Assembly (NCBI GenBank): GCA_014879875.1
Contig: JACSRF010000600.1
Span: forward strand, 3,005-67,004
Source of the DNA: Anaerolinea sp.
Lineage (GTDB): Bacteria; Chloroflexota; Anaerolineae; Promineifilales; Promineifilaceae
Direction: 5' to 3'
Length of the DNA stretch: 64,000 bases
Below the pieces are notes generated by a model. That model searched no databases and was not told where the DNA came from. It saw only the letters and a program-made list of their open reading frames with translations. Positions within the stretch are counted from its first letter, which is position 1. Every line of letters begins with the position of its first letter. Of the stretch, positions 33,508-43,388 are shown in pieces. The position numbers and the translations under genes were made by a program.

Positions 33508-36500
33508 CTAGGGCGCGCGGTGGATCACCGGCAAATAGAGCGTGTAACTCGGCGGCAGCGGCAAGTAAACCTGAATGGCATCGGCGAGCGTGGCCGATTG
33601 GTCATCTGGGTTTGTCCATGTGATGCTGTAAACGCCAGCGTCAATACCGGCGGGGATAACGGCCGTCGCCTGATTAGCCGATAGCACGGTGACATTGTTT
33701 AGCGTGATGATTGTGCTGCCCTGCTGCATGGTGACGACCGCTCCAGGCATGAAGTTCGCCCCGGTCAACGTCACAACCGTCACCACATCGTTGGTAAGGG
33801 TAACAGGAGAGACGCTGGTCAGCTGCGGCGCATCGGCCGTTTGCAGCGTCGTCGTCACCACCCAGCTCGTTATCGGCGTGGCATCTTGGGCGCTGCGGAA
33901 GGTGTGCAAACCGGCCGTCAGCGGCACGTCGAATTCATAGAAAAAGCCGTTGACAGATGTGGGCATTCCCACTGCCTGCGCCAACGCATCTATGAACAAG
34001 GTGATAAACCCATCATCAGGCATGAACACCTCAACGTGATACAACCCGCTGATTGGTGTGTCCAGGCGCACGGTTGAATTCAACCCGTCCGCCGCCGCCA
34101 GGCCAGACCAGGTGTAACTGTTGGCCAACACGCCGGTAATTTGTGGCAAGTAATCCACGGTCAGGTCGTATTGCAGAGGCGCGTCGTTGCCGCCATTGGC
34201 AAGCAAGTACAGGCGCGCGCCGTCGTTCGGAATTTGGAATGTAGACCAGACGGTTTCGCCGCCAAAGAGGGGATCCATGACGAGGATGTCATCGCCGGCG
34301 GCGTTGACGACTGCCAGTTGCAGCGAGTCGGAGATGCTGCCGGTGAGCGCGATTTGCAAATTCACTGCGGCGGCCGCGCCAATGTAGAGGGGCAGCCACT
34401 CTTCGCTGAAATCGTTGACATCGCCGCCCAGGTCGCCGCCTGTTTTGTGGTAGGGAAGGGTATCGGGAGTGACGGCCGTTTGTGTCAGCGTCACGTCCCA
34501 ATCGGCGCCAACCCCGCTGTCTTGCACAATCATGAGATCATGTAAACCGGCGGGCACAAAGTAGGTGACGCTGGCGTCGGTTTCGGCCGTTTTCTGAATG
34601 TACTCTTCGTTGAGGAAGAATTGGTAACGGCCGTCATCAACCCCCAGGTCAAAGGTGTACAATCCATCTGCCGGAAATTCAACGCGAATATGGCTGTTTC
34701 GGTTCGCTCCTTGCAAAGCGGCCGCCAACCCATCCCAGGTGTAGGGCAATTCAGGCAAGGCATAGACCGTCAGGTCATAGTTTAAGGGGGCGCTGTTGCC
34801 GGCGAATGCTTGTAGTTGGAACAACGTGGTACCGGCGTTCAGGTCTAGCGTTGTCCAATATGTCTCGCCGCCGAACAACATCACCGTAAACCCATTGGCG
34901 CTCATTTGCAAGATGTCACCGGTATTGCCGCTCAGGGTCAGGGCGACGTTCACCATGCGCGCGGCGCTCAGGTTCAGGGGCAGCCACTCTTCGGTAAAGT
35001 CAGCGCCGCCACCCAATGGGCCGCCAACTTTATGATAGGGCAGCGCGTCATTGGGCGCGCCCACTTCGGCAATGTCCAGTGACCAATCCACCATGCCGCC
35101 ACCTGTGTCCTGGTCAATGTAGAGATCGTGAATACCGGCCGTCACAAAGTAAGCGACCGTGCCATCTGCGGCTGCGGTTTTTTGGATGTAATCGGCGTCA
35201 ACCAGGAATTGGTACAACTCGCCGGTATTCACGCCAAAGTCAAATGTGTAGAGGCCATCGTTGGGGAAGTTAAGGCGGATGTGGCTGTTCAGCCCTGCAG
35301 GGGCCGACATGCCTGCCCAGTTGTAGGCGGTAACAGGGATGTAGTAGAGGGTCAGGGTGACGGAAGCGGCCGTTGCCCCATTGTTGGTCAGCGTCAGGCC
35401 ATTGTTACCGGCAGACAAGGCGCCGCTCCCCCACAGGGTCTCGTTTTGCATGGCGTCGCCTGTCCACACGGGCGCGCCGTCGCCATTGACAATAGCCAGA
35501 TTAACGGGGCCGCCATTGGCAACAGAAAACGCAAAATTAAAGTCGAGGTTCCCATTGGCGGGATATTCCGGCGTGACGCTTTCGCCTGGCTGCAAGATAC
35601 CTTCAAAGTTAAAGAAACTGGCAGCAGGCGTTACCGGCGTTACGCTGGCCGCCCAGTCAGTGGCGGCAAAGGTGGTATCTTGCACGGTGTGGATTTGGTG
35701 CATACCGGCGGACACCTCAATATCGTAGCTGCTGCTGATGAGCGATTCGCCTTGTGGGGTGATGACCCGTAAATTGTCATCCAGTACCAGATTGGCAAAC
35801 CCTTCGTTGTTATCAATAGCAAAGCGATAGACGCCGGCGGTGGGGAAGTTGACCATGATGCTGGCGTTGTTGCCGGCATCCAGAGAGAAACCATCCCAAA
35901 CGGCCGTGCCATCCGCCGGAACTGCGCTCATTGTCAGCGAGTAAGCCATGGGGTTGGCGTTGCCATTCGCGGCAGCAATACGCAGGCGGTTGACGCCCGC
36001 GTTTAAGGCAAAGTTTGCCCAAACGCGCTCGGTACCCAAAATGGTGTTTAGCGCGAAAGTTTGTACCGCGCCGGTTGCTCCATACACTTCCAGGTTCAGG
36101 CTGTCGGTGATGTTACCGGTGGTTTCAATGACCAGATTGACCGTTTGCGCAGTGTCTAATGTTACCGGCAGCCACTCTTCGCTAAAATCATTGTCCACGC
36201 CGCCCAAATCTCCCCCATCTTTGCTGTAGGGCAGGGCGTTGTTGGTGGCGGCAACGAAGTTAACACCCACACTCCAGGCTGCTCCTTCGGTGGTGTCATG
36301 GTGCAGGTAGAGGTCGTGAAGGCCGGCCGAGGCAAAGTAGGTAACGCTGGTATTGGTTTCGGCCGTTTTTTGAATGTAATTGTCGTCTAGCAAGAATTGG
36401 TAACGGCCGTCTGTCACCCCCAGGTCAAATTGATACAAACCGTCGCTGGGGAATTGCAGGCGAATGTGGCTGTACAGACCACGGAAATCGCTTTGTCCGC

Positions 36501-37536
36501 TCCAGGTGTAATTTGTCGTCGGAATCGTCGAAATTGTCAACGCATAGGCCAGCGTACCGACATTGGCAGCATCGGCCGTTAAATGGATCAGGCTGATCCC
36601 GGCGGGCAGGTTCAACGTTGACCAGGTTGTTTCGCCAGCATAGACGGCTGACAAGGGTACGCGGAGCGCTTGTCCCGGCTGCGTCACTTCGAGCGCCAGG
36701 TTATCGCCAGCCGCGCCGGTCACGGCAAGCGCCAGGTTAACCTGGGTGGCTGTGTTCAACTGAATGGGCAGCCATTCCTCAACAAAACGGGGGTTATCCC
36801 CATCCAGCCCACTGCCTGTCTTTGTATATGGCAGACTGTCATTAGGCGCGCCTACGTCGGAAATGGAGACTTGCCACGTGGCTCCGACCGCGCTGTCTTG
36901 TACAACGGTCAAATTGTGCCTACCGGCGGGGACAAAGTAGGTGACGCTGGTGGAGGAGACGGCCGTTTTCTGAATATACTCATTGTTTAGTAAAAATTGA
37001 TATTGACCGGCTGTCACACCCAGATTAAATGTATACAAGCCATCGCTGGGGAAATTGACCCGCGCCTCGCTGCTTAAGCCAGCTCCCGTCGTCGCCCCAT
37101 TCCACACATAAGGCGCATTGGGCAAGTCGTACAACGAAAGCTGAAAACTGGCGACTGCGGCGCCATTGTTCGTCAAGGTCATGCCATTTTGCCCAACCGT
37201 GAGCGTGCCACTCCCCCACAGGGTTTCCCCTGCGACGGCCGTGCCCTGCCAGATAATGACGTTACTGGCATTACGTATCGTAAAAGCGACCGGACCACTG
37301 CCGGTAATTGCCAGGGAAAAATTAAAATCCCGGTTTCCTGTGAAATTAGGGTAAACCGGATTCACACTGGCCCCTGGGTTCAAATTACCATTCAAAGAGA
37401 AAAACGCATTTGTTGGGGCCGCAGCCATATCAGCCGCAACTGGGGAGGAAAACCCCCCTATCACTAAAACAAACAGACAAAGAAGGTATAATACCCGTCT
37501 CTGCCAATCAACACCGCGTTCAGATTGAGTTACCAT
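33508..37536 (-). CDS. 1342-aa secreted modular repeat protein with C-terminal IPT/TIG-like domain
   Basis: An N-terminal signal anchor, then three ~100-aa module types arranged A-B-C-B-C-B'-A-B-C-B-C-B'' (see findings). The last ~110 aa are IPT/TIG-like (PQLTSVSPVTL...VVTLTGANF). No catalytic motif recognised. Confidence 0.85.
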   Translation of the reverse strand: MVTQSERGVDWQRRVLYLLCLFVLVIGGFSSPVAADMAAAPTNAFFSLNGNLNPGASVNPVYPNFTGNRDFNFSLAITGSGPVAFTIRNASNVIIWQGTAVAGETLWGSGTLTVGQNGMTLTNNGAAVASFQLSLYDLPNAPYVWNGATTGAGLSSEARVNFPSDGLYTFNLGVTAGQYQFLLNNEYIQKTAVSSTSVTYFVPAGRHNLTVVQDSAVGATWQVSISDVGAPNDSLPYTKTGSGLDGDNPRFVEEWLPIQLNTATQVNLALAVTGAAGDNLALEVTQPGQALRVPLSAVYAGETTWSTLNLPAGISLIHLTADAANVGTLAYALTISTIPTTNYTWSGQSDFRGLYSHIRLQFPSDGLYQFDLGVTDGRYQFLLDDNYIQKTAETNTSVTYFASAGLHDLYLHHDTTEGAAWSVGVNFVAATNNALPYSKDGGDLGGVDNDFSEEWLPVTLDTAQTVNLVIETTGNITDSLNLEVYGATGAVQTFALNTILGTERVWANFALNAGVNRLRIAAANGNANPMAYSLTMSAVPADGTAVWDGFSLDAGNNASIMVNFPTAGVYRFAIDNNEGFANLVLDDNLRVITPQGESLISSSYDIEVSAGMHQIHTVQDTTFAATDWAASVTPVTPAASFFNFEGILQPGESVTPEYPANGNLDFNFAFSVANGGPVNLAIVNGDGAPVWTGDAMQNETLWGSGALSAGNNGLTLTNNGATAASVTLTLYYIPVTAYNWAGMSAPAGLNSHIRLNFPNDGLYTFDFGVNTGELYQFLVDADYIQKTAAADGTVAYFVTAGIHDLYIDQDTGGGMVDWSLDIAEVGAPNDALPYHKVGGPLGGGADFTEEWLPLNLSAARMVNVALTLSGNTGDILQMSANGFTVMLFGGETYWTTLDLNAGTTLFQLQAFAGNSAPLNYDLTVYALPELPYTWDGLAAALQGANRNSHIRVEFPADGLYTFDLGVDDGRYQFFLNEEYIQKTAETDASVTYFVPAGLHDLMIVQDSGVGADWDVTLTQTAVTPDTLPYHKTGGDLGGDVNDFSEEWLPLYIGAAAAVNLQIALTGSISDSLQLAVVNAAGDDILVMDPLFGGETVWSTFQIPNDGARLYLLANGGNDAPLQYDLTVDYLPQITGVLANSYTWSGLAAADGLNSTVRLDTPISGLYHVEVFMPDDGFITLFIDALAQAVGMPTSVNGFFYEFDVPLTAGLHTFRSAQDATPITSWVVTTTLQTADAPQLTSVSPVTLTNDVVTVVTLTGANFMPGAVVTMQQGSTIITLNNVTVLSANQATAVIPAGIDAGVYSITWTNPDDQSATLADAIQVYLPLPPSYTLYLPVIHRAP

Positions 37537-37930
37537 AACAAAAACACTCCTTGATTAAATTATCGGTAATTGCTTACTGTGACGGCGACTACTGATGGCA
37601 AACCTGCACTTGGACAACAAACAACATCCTGATAAAAACAAAATTTGTGTTCAAACACATACAACAAGTAGGGGCGTATGACCATACGTCCCCCACATTG
37701 TTCGCAAGCCTCTACATACCCATAGAACCATCCTGTCGTTTGACCAGGCAGTTCACATTATATAACGAAACTTGCAAGTAATTATACGGACAAAGGTCAT
37801 GTCATGATAGTTTTCTTTACTGATGGAAGTGTATGGCAACGAAGTTATTCTTTTACAAGTCCTACCTGATTAGTCGCAATCAGATTGACATAAACAATAA
37901 AAGAAGAATCACTATCCCCAAAGACGACAA

Positions 37931-38878
37931 TCAGGCAAATGGCTCTTTGAAATCATAGAGGCCATTATCCACCTGCCACTGTCGGGCACAAACTGAATTT
38001 GGACAAAGAAGACGGCCGTTAACGGCGCTGCCCAGCGGTGACTGACAGAGGGGACAGGCAAAGAAGGTGTTGGCGACGGCCGATGCGTCTGGAACGGCCG
38101 TTACGTCTGGAACGGCCGTCTCCCCTATCGCCGGATGCGCGCTAACCACAAACACGCTTGGACTTAACTGCCCGATACGTCCTGTATGCTGCATCATCCC
38201 ATCTAAAGTGACCAACAGCCGCGTTGGCAACAAACGCTTGAGTGGGGCAAAGCGAAAATAGGAGACCGCCAGCGTTCGTCCTGGGGAAAAACGTGCGGCA
38301 TGTAATTGCTGCCGAATCCATCGTGGGTGAAAGTCAAAATTGAGCGCGACAAATTCAACGGGTGACAAAGTGAATGGCGACCATGACTGGCGACGCAGCC
38401 AGTAACGGCCAATAGCCTTTACATTCTGCTTGTTGGCAAACTCCAACACATAACGGCCACCAGGTCGCGCAATCCGCGCAAGTTGAGCAAACAAAGCAGG
38501 CGCATCAGCCGCATGATGCAGCGTGCGCACCTGTACCATTGTGTCAAACAACCCTGGGATAAATGGCATTTGATACCAATTACCGGCTACAAACAGAAAA
38601 CGAGGATCATGCCCCCAAACCGCTTGCGCTTCGCGCAGCAGCGAACGTGAATAATCAAACAAAACAACCGTTTCATAACCCAGGTATTCATCGGCCAGAC
38701 GGCCGAATCCGGCGCCAATCTCAATGAGTGTTCGCCCGGTTGGTGGCAGCAGGCGGCGCAGCGCAACCCGTTCAACCTGGTCTTCATACCCACGTCCCTG
38801 GCCCTCCCAGAACCGTGTGCGGTAATCTGAACCCTCATAATCACAGACCGGCGGTTTATCAGCCATAGCAGAACTCAC
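37931..38878 (-). CDS. class I SAM-dependent methyltransferase with C-terminal Trm112-like zinc ribbon
   Basis: 315 aa. LIEIGAGFGRL motif I. The C-terminus is CPLCQSPL...LLCPNSVCARQWQVDNGLYDF. Confidence 0.8.
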   Translation of the reverse strand: MSSAMADKPPVCDYEGSDYRTRFWEGQGRGYEDQVERVALRRLLPPTGRTLIEIGAGFGRLADEYLGYETVVLFDYSRSLLREAQAVWGHDPRFLFVAGNWYQMPFIPGLFDTMVQVRTLHHAADAPALFAQLARIARPGGRYVLEFANKQNVKAIGRYWLRRQSWSPFTLSPVEFVALNFDFHPRWIRQQLHAARFSPGRTLAVSYFRFAPLKRLLPTRLLVTLDGMMQHTGRIGQLSPSVFVVSAHPAIGETAVPDVTAVPDASAVANTFFACPLCQSPLGSAVNGRLLCPNSVCARQWQVDNGLYDFKEPFA

Positions 38879-38923
38879 TCCTGGGGCAACAACCGCCAGG
38901 TTGTGCGGCTGCGCGACTACACA

Positions 38924-39562
38924 TTACTCATTGGCCGCGCCAACAGGAACGGGAATGGAATCCACCGGCTGATTCACACGGCCGCTAATCCGCTCAAACA
39001 AGTCTTGACCGTTTGCTGGCAATCCACGCAAAAGAGCGTCTAGTGGCGCAAAAATACTTTGCAAGCGATTAAAAGGCGCCCCCAACTCCGTTTCGTCTAG
39101 CGGAATGATCGCCTCAACCGCCAACTGTACAGGCAACGTCTCACTAATAGGAACTTGCAAGTCCAACTGCACCGGCAGCGCCAAATTCTTGGGCAAGTTT
39201 AGAGACACGACACCATTGATTTCGCCGCCACCATGGGGCAAGGTGAACTTAGCCGGCACGTTGACCAGTGGGACATCCCTGAGTATAACCACCGACGTCG
39301 TTGTTGATAGGGGCACGGTCAGCACGACAGGAATGGTATCACTGACGTCAATGGTGCGGCGAATGGTCGCCTGATTCATATCTACAAAGCTTGAATTCAA
39401 ACCGCTAACAATTGGACTGGCAATATCGTTGACAATCGGCAAGATGAGAGGTGCAGCCACCAGTAAGACGATCAACAGGATCAAGTTGATCGTAAACGAA
39501 AATAAGATGGCAAACGTTTTGAAGGCTTGCCACGGTTTTTTATCCCATACACGCTTATTCAT
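38924..39562 (-). CDS. membrane-anchored hypothetical protein
   Basis: 212-aa ORF with a single N-terminal TM (FAILFSFTINLILLIVLLVAAPLIL). GGAGG RBS. No recognisable domain. Confidence 0.6.
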   Translation of the reverse strand: MNKRVWDKKPWQAFKTFAILFSFTINLILLIVLLVAAPLILPIVNDIASPIVSGLNSSFVDMNQATIRRTIDVSDTIPVVLTVPLSTTTSVVILRDVPLVNVPAKFTLPHGGGEINGVVSLNLPKNLALPVQLDLQVPISETLPVQLAVEAIIPLDETELGAPFNRLQSIFAPLDALLRGLPANGQDLFERISGRVNQPVDSIPVPVGAANE

Positions 39563-39757
39563 CTGTCTACCTCCATTGAGTCTTCAGGTTGACATATAAC
39601 GGATTGACATTATGGTAACATACTTTACGTAAATATCAAAGGGCGAAAAAAATGTTTCCCAAGAAACAACACAAACGCCAGGCAAAATCAGAATGTCGCT
39701 TGCGAGAACAGGTCAGAAAAGAGTAAAATGTGGCAAGCATATTTCAGGAATATATTT

Positions 39758-40945
39758 ATGACCAATGACATAGCCATTTTTCTTGACCTTGACAACCTGG
39801 TTATCGGCGCCAAACAAGCAAACTTAACGTTCAACATCAATTTGATTCTGGACCACATCAAGAAAATCACGAACGGCCGTATCGTGATGCGCCGTTCTTA
39901 TGGAGATTGGCGGCAAAGCCGCGATCAACTCAAAGACTTGACCACGGCCGGATTCACAACCCAATCAACTGTGCCGATCAACAACTTCAGCAAAAACCTG
40001 GCCGACATGCAAATCGTTGTAGACGCCATGGACACGATCGTGGATGGTCATAAATACAGCACCTACGTCCTGATGACTGGCGATCGTGATTTCACGCCAC
40101 TGGTACAATCTTTGCGCAAACGAGGGAAACAAGTCATTGGCGTCGGCGTGAAACATACGGCCAGCAGCAGTTTTGTGGGGCTTTGCGACAAATATATTTT
40201 TTATGAGGATTTAATCCCTGCGCCCACGTTGAGCGAGGCTGATGTTGAGAAACTGGTGGAGCGCGCTATCAACGAATTACAGCAGGACAATCAACTGATC
40301 CGCGCCAGCCTGCTCAAACAACGCATGGATGAACTCAGCCGGGGGGCATTCTCCAATTCGAGTTATGCCGAAGGCAGTTTTCGTAAGTTTTTAGCGAATT
40401 ACGCCTATCTGGTGGAAATCAGGCAAGAAGACACAACCACCTACGTGCAAAAAGTGACAACGCCCAAACCGGTGGAACGGCCGTTGCACCTCCGCTATCG
40501 TAGCAGCCTGAAAAAGAACAAACTACGTGTTGTTCCGGCCAGGCAGCGTTACGCCATCCTCAAAGATATCATCACGTTCCTGCGCCGTGATCAAGTACAT
40601 TACTGGCGCCCTCTCATTGATGATCTGGCACAGCACTATCAACAAACCAATCAGGAAGAGCTGTCAAAAAATCTGATCAACGCTGTCATGCTGCTGGCGC
40701 GTCGCGCCCAAGTTGTTCACACGCATAAAGGGAAATCTCTTTCCGCAGCCACAGTCACACTAGGCATCAACAGCGATAAATTATTACAAGAAGCGATCTT
40801 GCGCTGTGATCAGGCTTATTTGCAAGAATTAATTAACCTGCCTGAACCGTTCGATCCTGAAGAAGCCGCCATCGCCTTGTACGACACACCTCAATATGCC
40901 CCTTATCTCAAAGCCATTGTCAACAAGATGAACATACAGCCTTGA
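39758..40945 (+). CDS. NYN-domain (LabA/DUF88) protein with OST-HTH/LOTUS-like region
   Basis: MTNDIAIFLDLDNL..., LMTGDRDFTPLVQSLRKRGKQVIGVG (NYN/PIN-like acidic residues), followed by helical LOTUS-like segments. Confidence 0.8.
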   Translation: MTNDIAIFLDLDNLVIGAKQANLTFNINLILDHIKKITNGRIVMRRSYGDWRQSRDQLKDLTTAGFTTQSTVPINNFSKNLADMQIVVDAMDTIVDGHKYSTYVLMTGDRDFTPLVQSLRKRGKQVIGVGVKHTASSSFVGLCDKYIFYEDLIPAPTLSEADVEKLVERAINELQQDNQLIRASLLKQRMDELSRGAFSNSSYAEGSFRKFLANYAYLVEIRQEDTTTYVQKVTTPKPVERPLHLRYRSSLKKNKLRVVPARQRYAILKDIITFLRRDQVHYWRPLIDDLAQHYQQTNQEELSKNLINAVMLLARRAQVVHTHKGKSLSAATVTLGINSDKLLQEAILRCDQAYLQELINLPEPFDPEEAAIALYDTPQYAPYLKAIVNKMNIQP

Positions 40946-40981
40946 TGCCCAGTCCATGCGCACACGGATGCGTACCACGCA

Positions 40982-41440
40982 TTACGTTTCACGCCCTAGT
41001 TTAACTTCATCACGATGGCCAAACCCTTTGCTGTTGTCAATAAAATACATCCGCTGCGGGCGCAACCGATACCAATTTACTTTTGCCAAAGCGGTCGCAA
41101 TTTGCGCTGGGGCGTGTTGCAAGAATGGATATTTCTCCTTGTACCGGGAGACGGCCGTTACACGCTCCTCATTGACTAACTGATTAACAACCCCCTCGCA
41201 CTGAATGCCCTGAATCTGCCGCCAATCTGCATAATCCTCCTGAATGGTCGCCGCAATTTGCGCCGAGACAAGGAAGTTCTGCGCGTGCCGTGTATGCGCA
41301 GCGGAAAGAAATATCAAATTAAACCCATCATTGACGTAAAAAACGGCCGCTGCCCACACGCCATCAACACCACTCGTCGCAATTGTCATGACATGATGCC
41401 CGGCCAGATAAGCCAATGCTTGCTGCTGAATCTCATCCAT
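40982..41440 (-). CDS. pyridoxamine 5'-phosphate oxidase family (FMN-binding split-barrel) protein
   Basis: 152 aa. LAGHHVMTIATSGVDGVWAAAVFYVNDGFNLIFLS pattern. Confidence 0.7.
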   Translation of the reverse strand: MDEIQQQALAYLAGHHVMTIATSGVDGVWAAAVFYVNDGFNLIFLSAAHTRHAQNFLVSAQIAATIQEDYADWRQIQGIQCEGVVNQLVNEERVTAVSRYKEKYPFLQHAPAQIATALAKVNWYRLRPQRMYFIDNSKGFGHRDEVKLGRET

Positions 41441-41510
41441 CGCTTGAATCCTTCCTCTCCGTTATGCGCTATGAAGCGTAAAAGGTGACCAATGGCAGGC
41501 GCTTCGCGCT

Positions 41511-42098
41511 TCACGTTTCACGCTTCCCACTCCCACCTGACCAACGTTGAAACAAATCTTCCGACAATTCGATGTCGAGCAAATCGAGCACACGATTAAC
41601 CGTCTGGTTAATGATGTCATCAATCGTTTGCGGGCGATGATAAAAAGCAGGCACAGGGGGCACAAGCACGGCCCCCATCTCCACAACCTGGGTCATCATG
41701 CGCAAATGTCCCAAATGTAATGGGGTTTCTCGTGGCACAAGGATTAAACGGCGGCGATCTTTCAAGACAACATCGGCCGCTCGCAGCAGCAAATTGTCGC
41801 TGAACGAATAGGTTATTCCTGCCAATGTCTTCATAGAACAAGGCATGACGACCATACCCATCGTTTTGTATGAACCAGAAGAAACAGCCGCGGCAATGTC
41901 TTTGATACGATAACTAACGTCAGCCAATGCCTGCACCTGCTCTACCGTGTAATCAGTTTCCAGGCCAATTGTTATGCCTGCCGCATTGCTCATAACCAGG
42001 TGTGTTTGCACATCGGCCACCTGTTGCAGCACTTCAAGCAAACGAATACCATAAATGACGCCACTGGCGCCCGAAATTCCTACAATTAATCGTTGCAT
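41511..42098 (-). CDS. ubiX: flavin prenyltransferase UbiX
   Basis: MQRLIVGISGASGVIYGIRLLE..., with VMPCSMKTLAGI. Start chosen at ATG 42098. Confidence 0.9.
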   Translation of the reverse strand: MQRLIVGISGASGVIYGIRLLEVLQQVADVQTHLVMSNAAGITIGLETDYTVEQVQALADVSYRIKDIAAAVSSGSYKTMGMVVMPCSMKTLAGITYSFSDNLLLRAADVVLKDRRRLILVPRETPLHLGHLRMMTQVVEMGAVLVPPVPAFYHRPQTIDDIINQTVNRVLDLLDIELSEDLFQRWSGGSGKRET

Positions 42099-42358
42099 AA
42101 TCATCCAGTCGTGAACGCAATTACGCCACATGCTCCAGGTAAGGTATAATGCCAGTAGCAGAAGTAATCAGAAGTCAGTACGCGGTAGACAGCCACAGGG
42201 AACGCCCACTGATAACTGAATACTGATTACCGATTACTGAACACCGGTACCAGGGAAAAAACATGGTCATCTCAATGACGCATCATCCCTGCTAACGCAT
42301 TGTAAAGAAGGACGAAAGAAAGACCAAGCTTTCTTAACACCAAATTCAAGAGGATCCT

Positions 42359-43306
42359 GTGAAAACGATTTACACGTCTGATTTTAAGGTTGGCGATGAA
42401 TTTACAAACGAACTGTTTTTGCTGCAAGACGTAACGCGACGGTCTACAAAAGACGGCCGTCCCTATCTGCTCTGCACCATCCGCGACAATTCCGGCCAGG
42501 CCGGGGCTGTGTTTTGGAATGTACCCGATTATATTGAACAATGGGCAGCCTCAGGCGCGGCCGTTCTCGTTTCTGGCCGGGTCGTCAACTATAAAGACAG
42601 CATTCAGATCAACATCACCGATATGAATCCAGGCCAACAAGCCGATTTAGGCGAACTGCTGCCGACCAGTTCGCGCTCTCGTGATGACATGATTCAAGAA
42701 TTACGCCAGCATATCACCAGTCTGGATGAACCCTGGCAAACCCTCACTGCCCACATTTTGCTGGATGATGCTTTTCTGCCACGCTATGCGAGCGCCCCGG
42801 CCGCCCGCAGTATGCACCACGCCTATATCAGCGGCTTGCTAGAACATTCTCTCAGCATGGCTGCCATCGCCATCACATTGGCGCAGCATTATCCCTTTGT
42901 TGACCGCAACCTGCTGCTTGCTGGGGCGCTCCTGCACGACATGGGCAAAACTTACGAATATGAAGTTGAGGGAGGATTTTCAGTTTCCGATGACGGCCGT
43001 CTGGTGGGTCACATCATCCGCGCCATTGTCCTGGTGGAAAAAACGGCCGCTGCACTCAACTTTCCTGACGACAAACTACAACACCTGCTTCACCTGATCG
43101 CCTCACATCATGGCGCGATGGAGTGGGGCGCGCCAATTGTCCCCAAAACTCTGGAAGCCGTTCTGTTACACCAAATAGACCTGCTCGACAGCCGCATCCA
43201 GGGTTTCCTCGACCACGTGCGCACCGAAAGTGGCGACAAGGTGTGGACCAGCAAAAGCAGCCACATGTTCAGCACTGAACTACGCCGCCCACATAACATG
43301 CCGTAA
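42359..43306 (+). CDS. yhaM: 3'-5' exoribonuclease YhaM-like (OB-fold plus HD domain)
   Basis: 315 aa. An N-terminal OB fold, and an HD domain with HHAYISGLLEHSL and LLHDMGK. Confidence 0.85.
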   Translation: MKTIYTSDFKVGDEFTNELFLLQDVTRRSTKDGRPYLLCTIRDNSGQAGAVFWNVPDYIEQWAASGAAVLVSGRVVNYKDSIQINITDMNPGQQADLGELLPTSSRSRDDMIQELRQHITSLDEPWQTLTAHILLDDAFLPRYASAPAARSMHHAYISGLLEHSLSMAAIAITLAQHYPFVDRNLLLAGALLHDMGKTYEYEVEGGFSVSDDGRLVGHIIRAIVLVEKTAAALNFPDDKLQHLLHLIASHHGAMEWGAPIVPKTLEAVLLHQIDLLDSRIQGFLDHVRTESGDKVWTSKSSHMFSTELRRPHNMP

Positions 43307-43388
43307 ACCGGCAAAGTGTTTCCCAAGAAACAATGCAACGTGGGGCGTGATGCATCTGTCTTCACGCCCCACGTTGCACACCCTTCTA

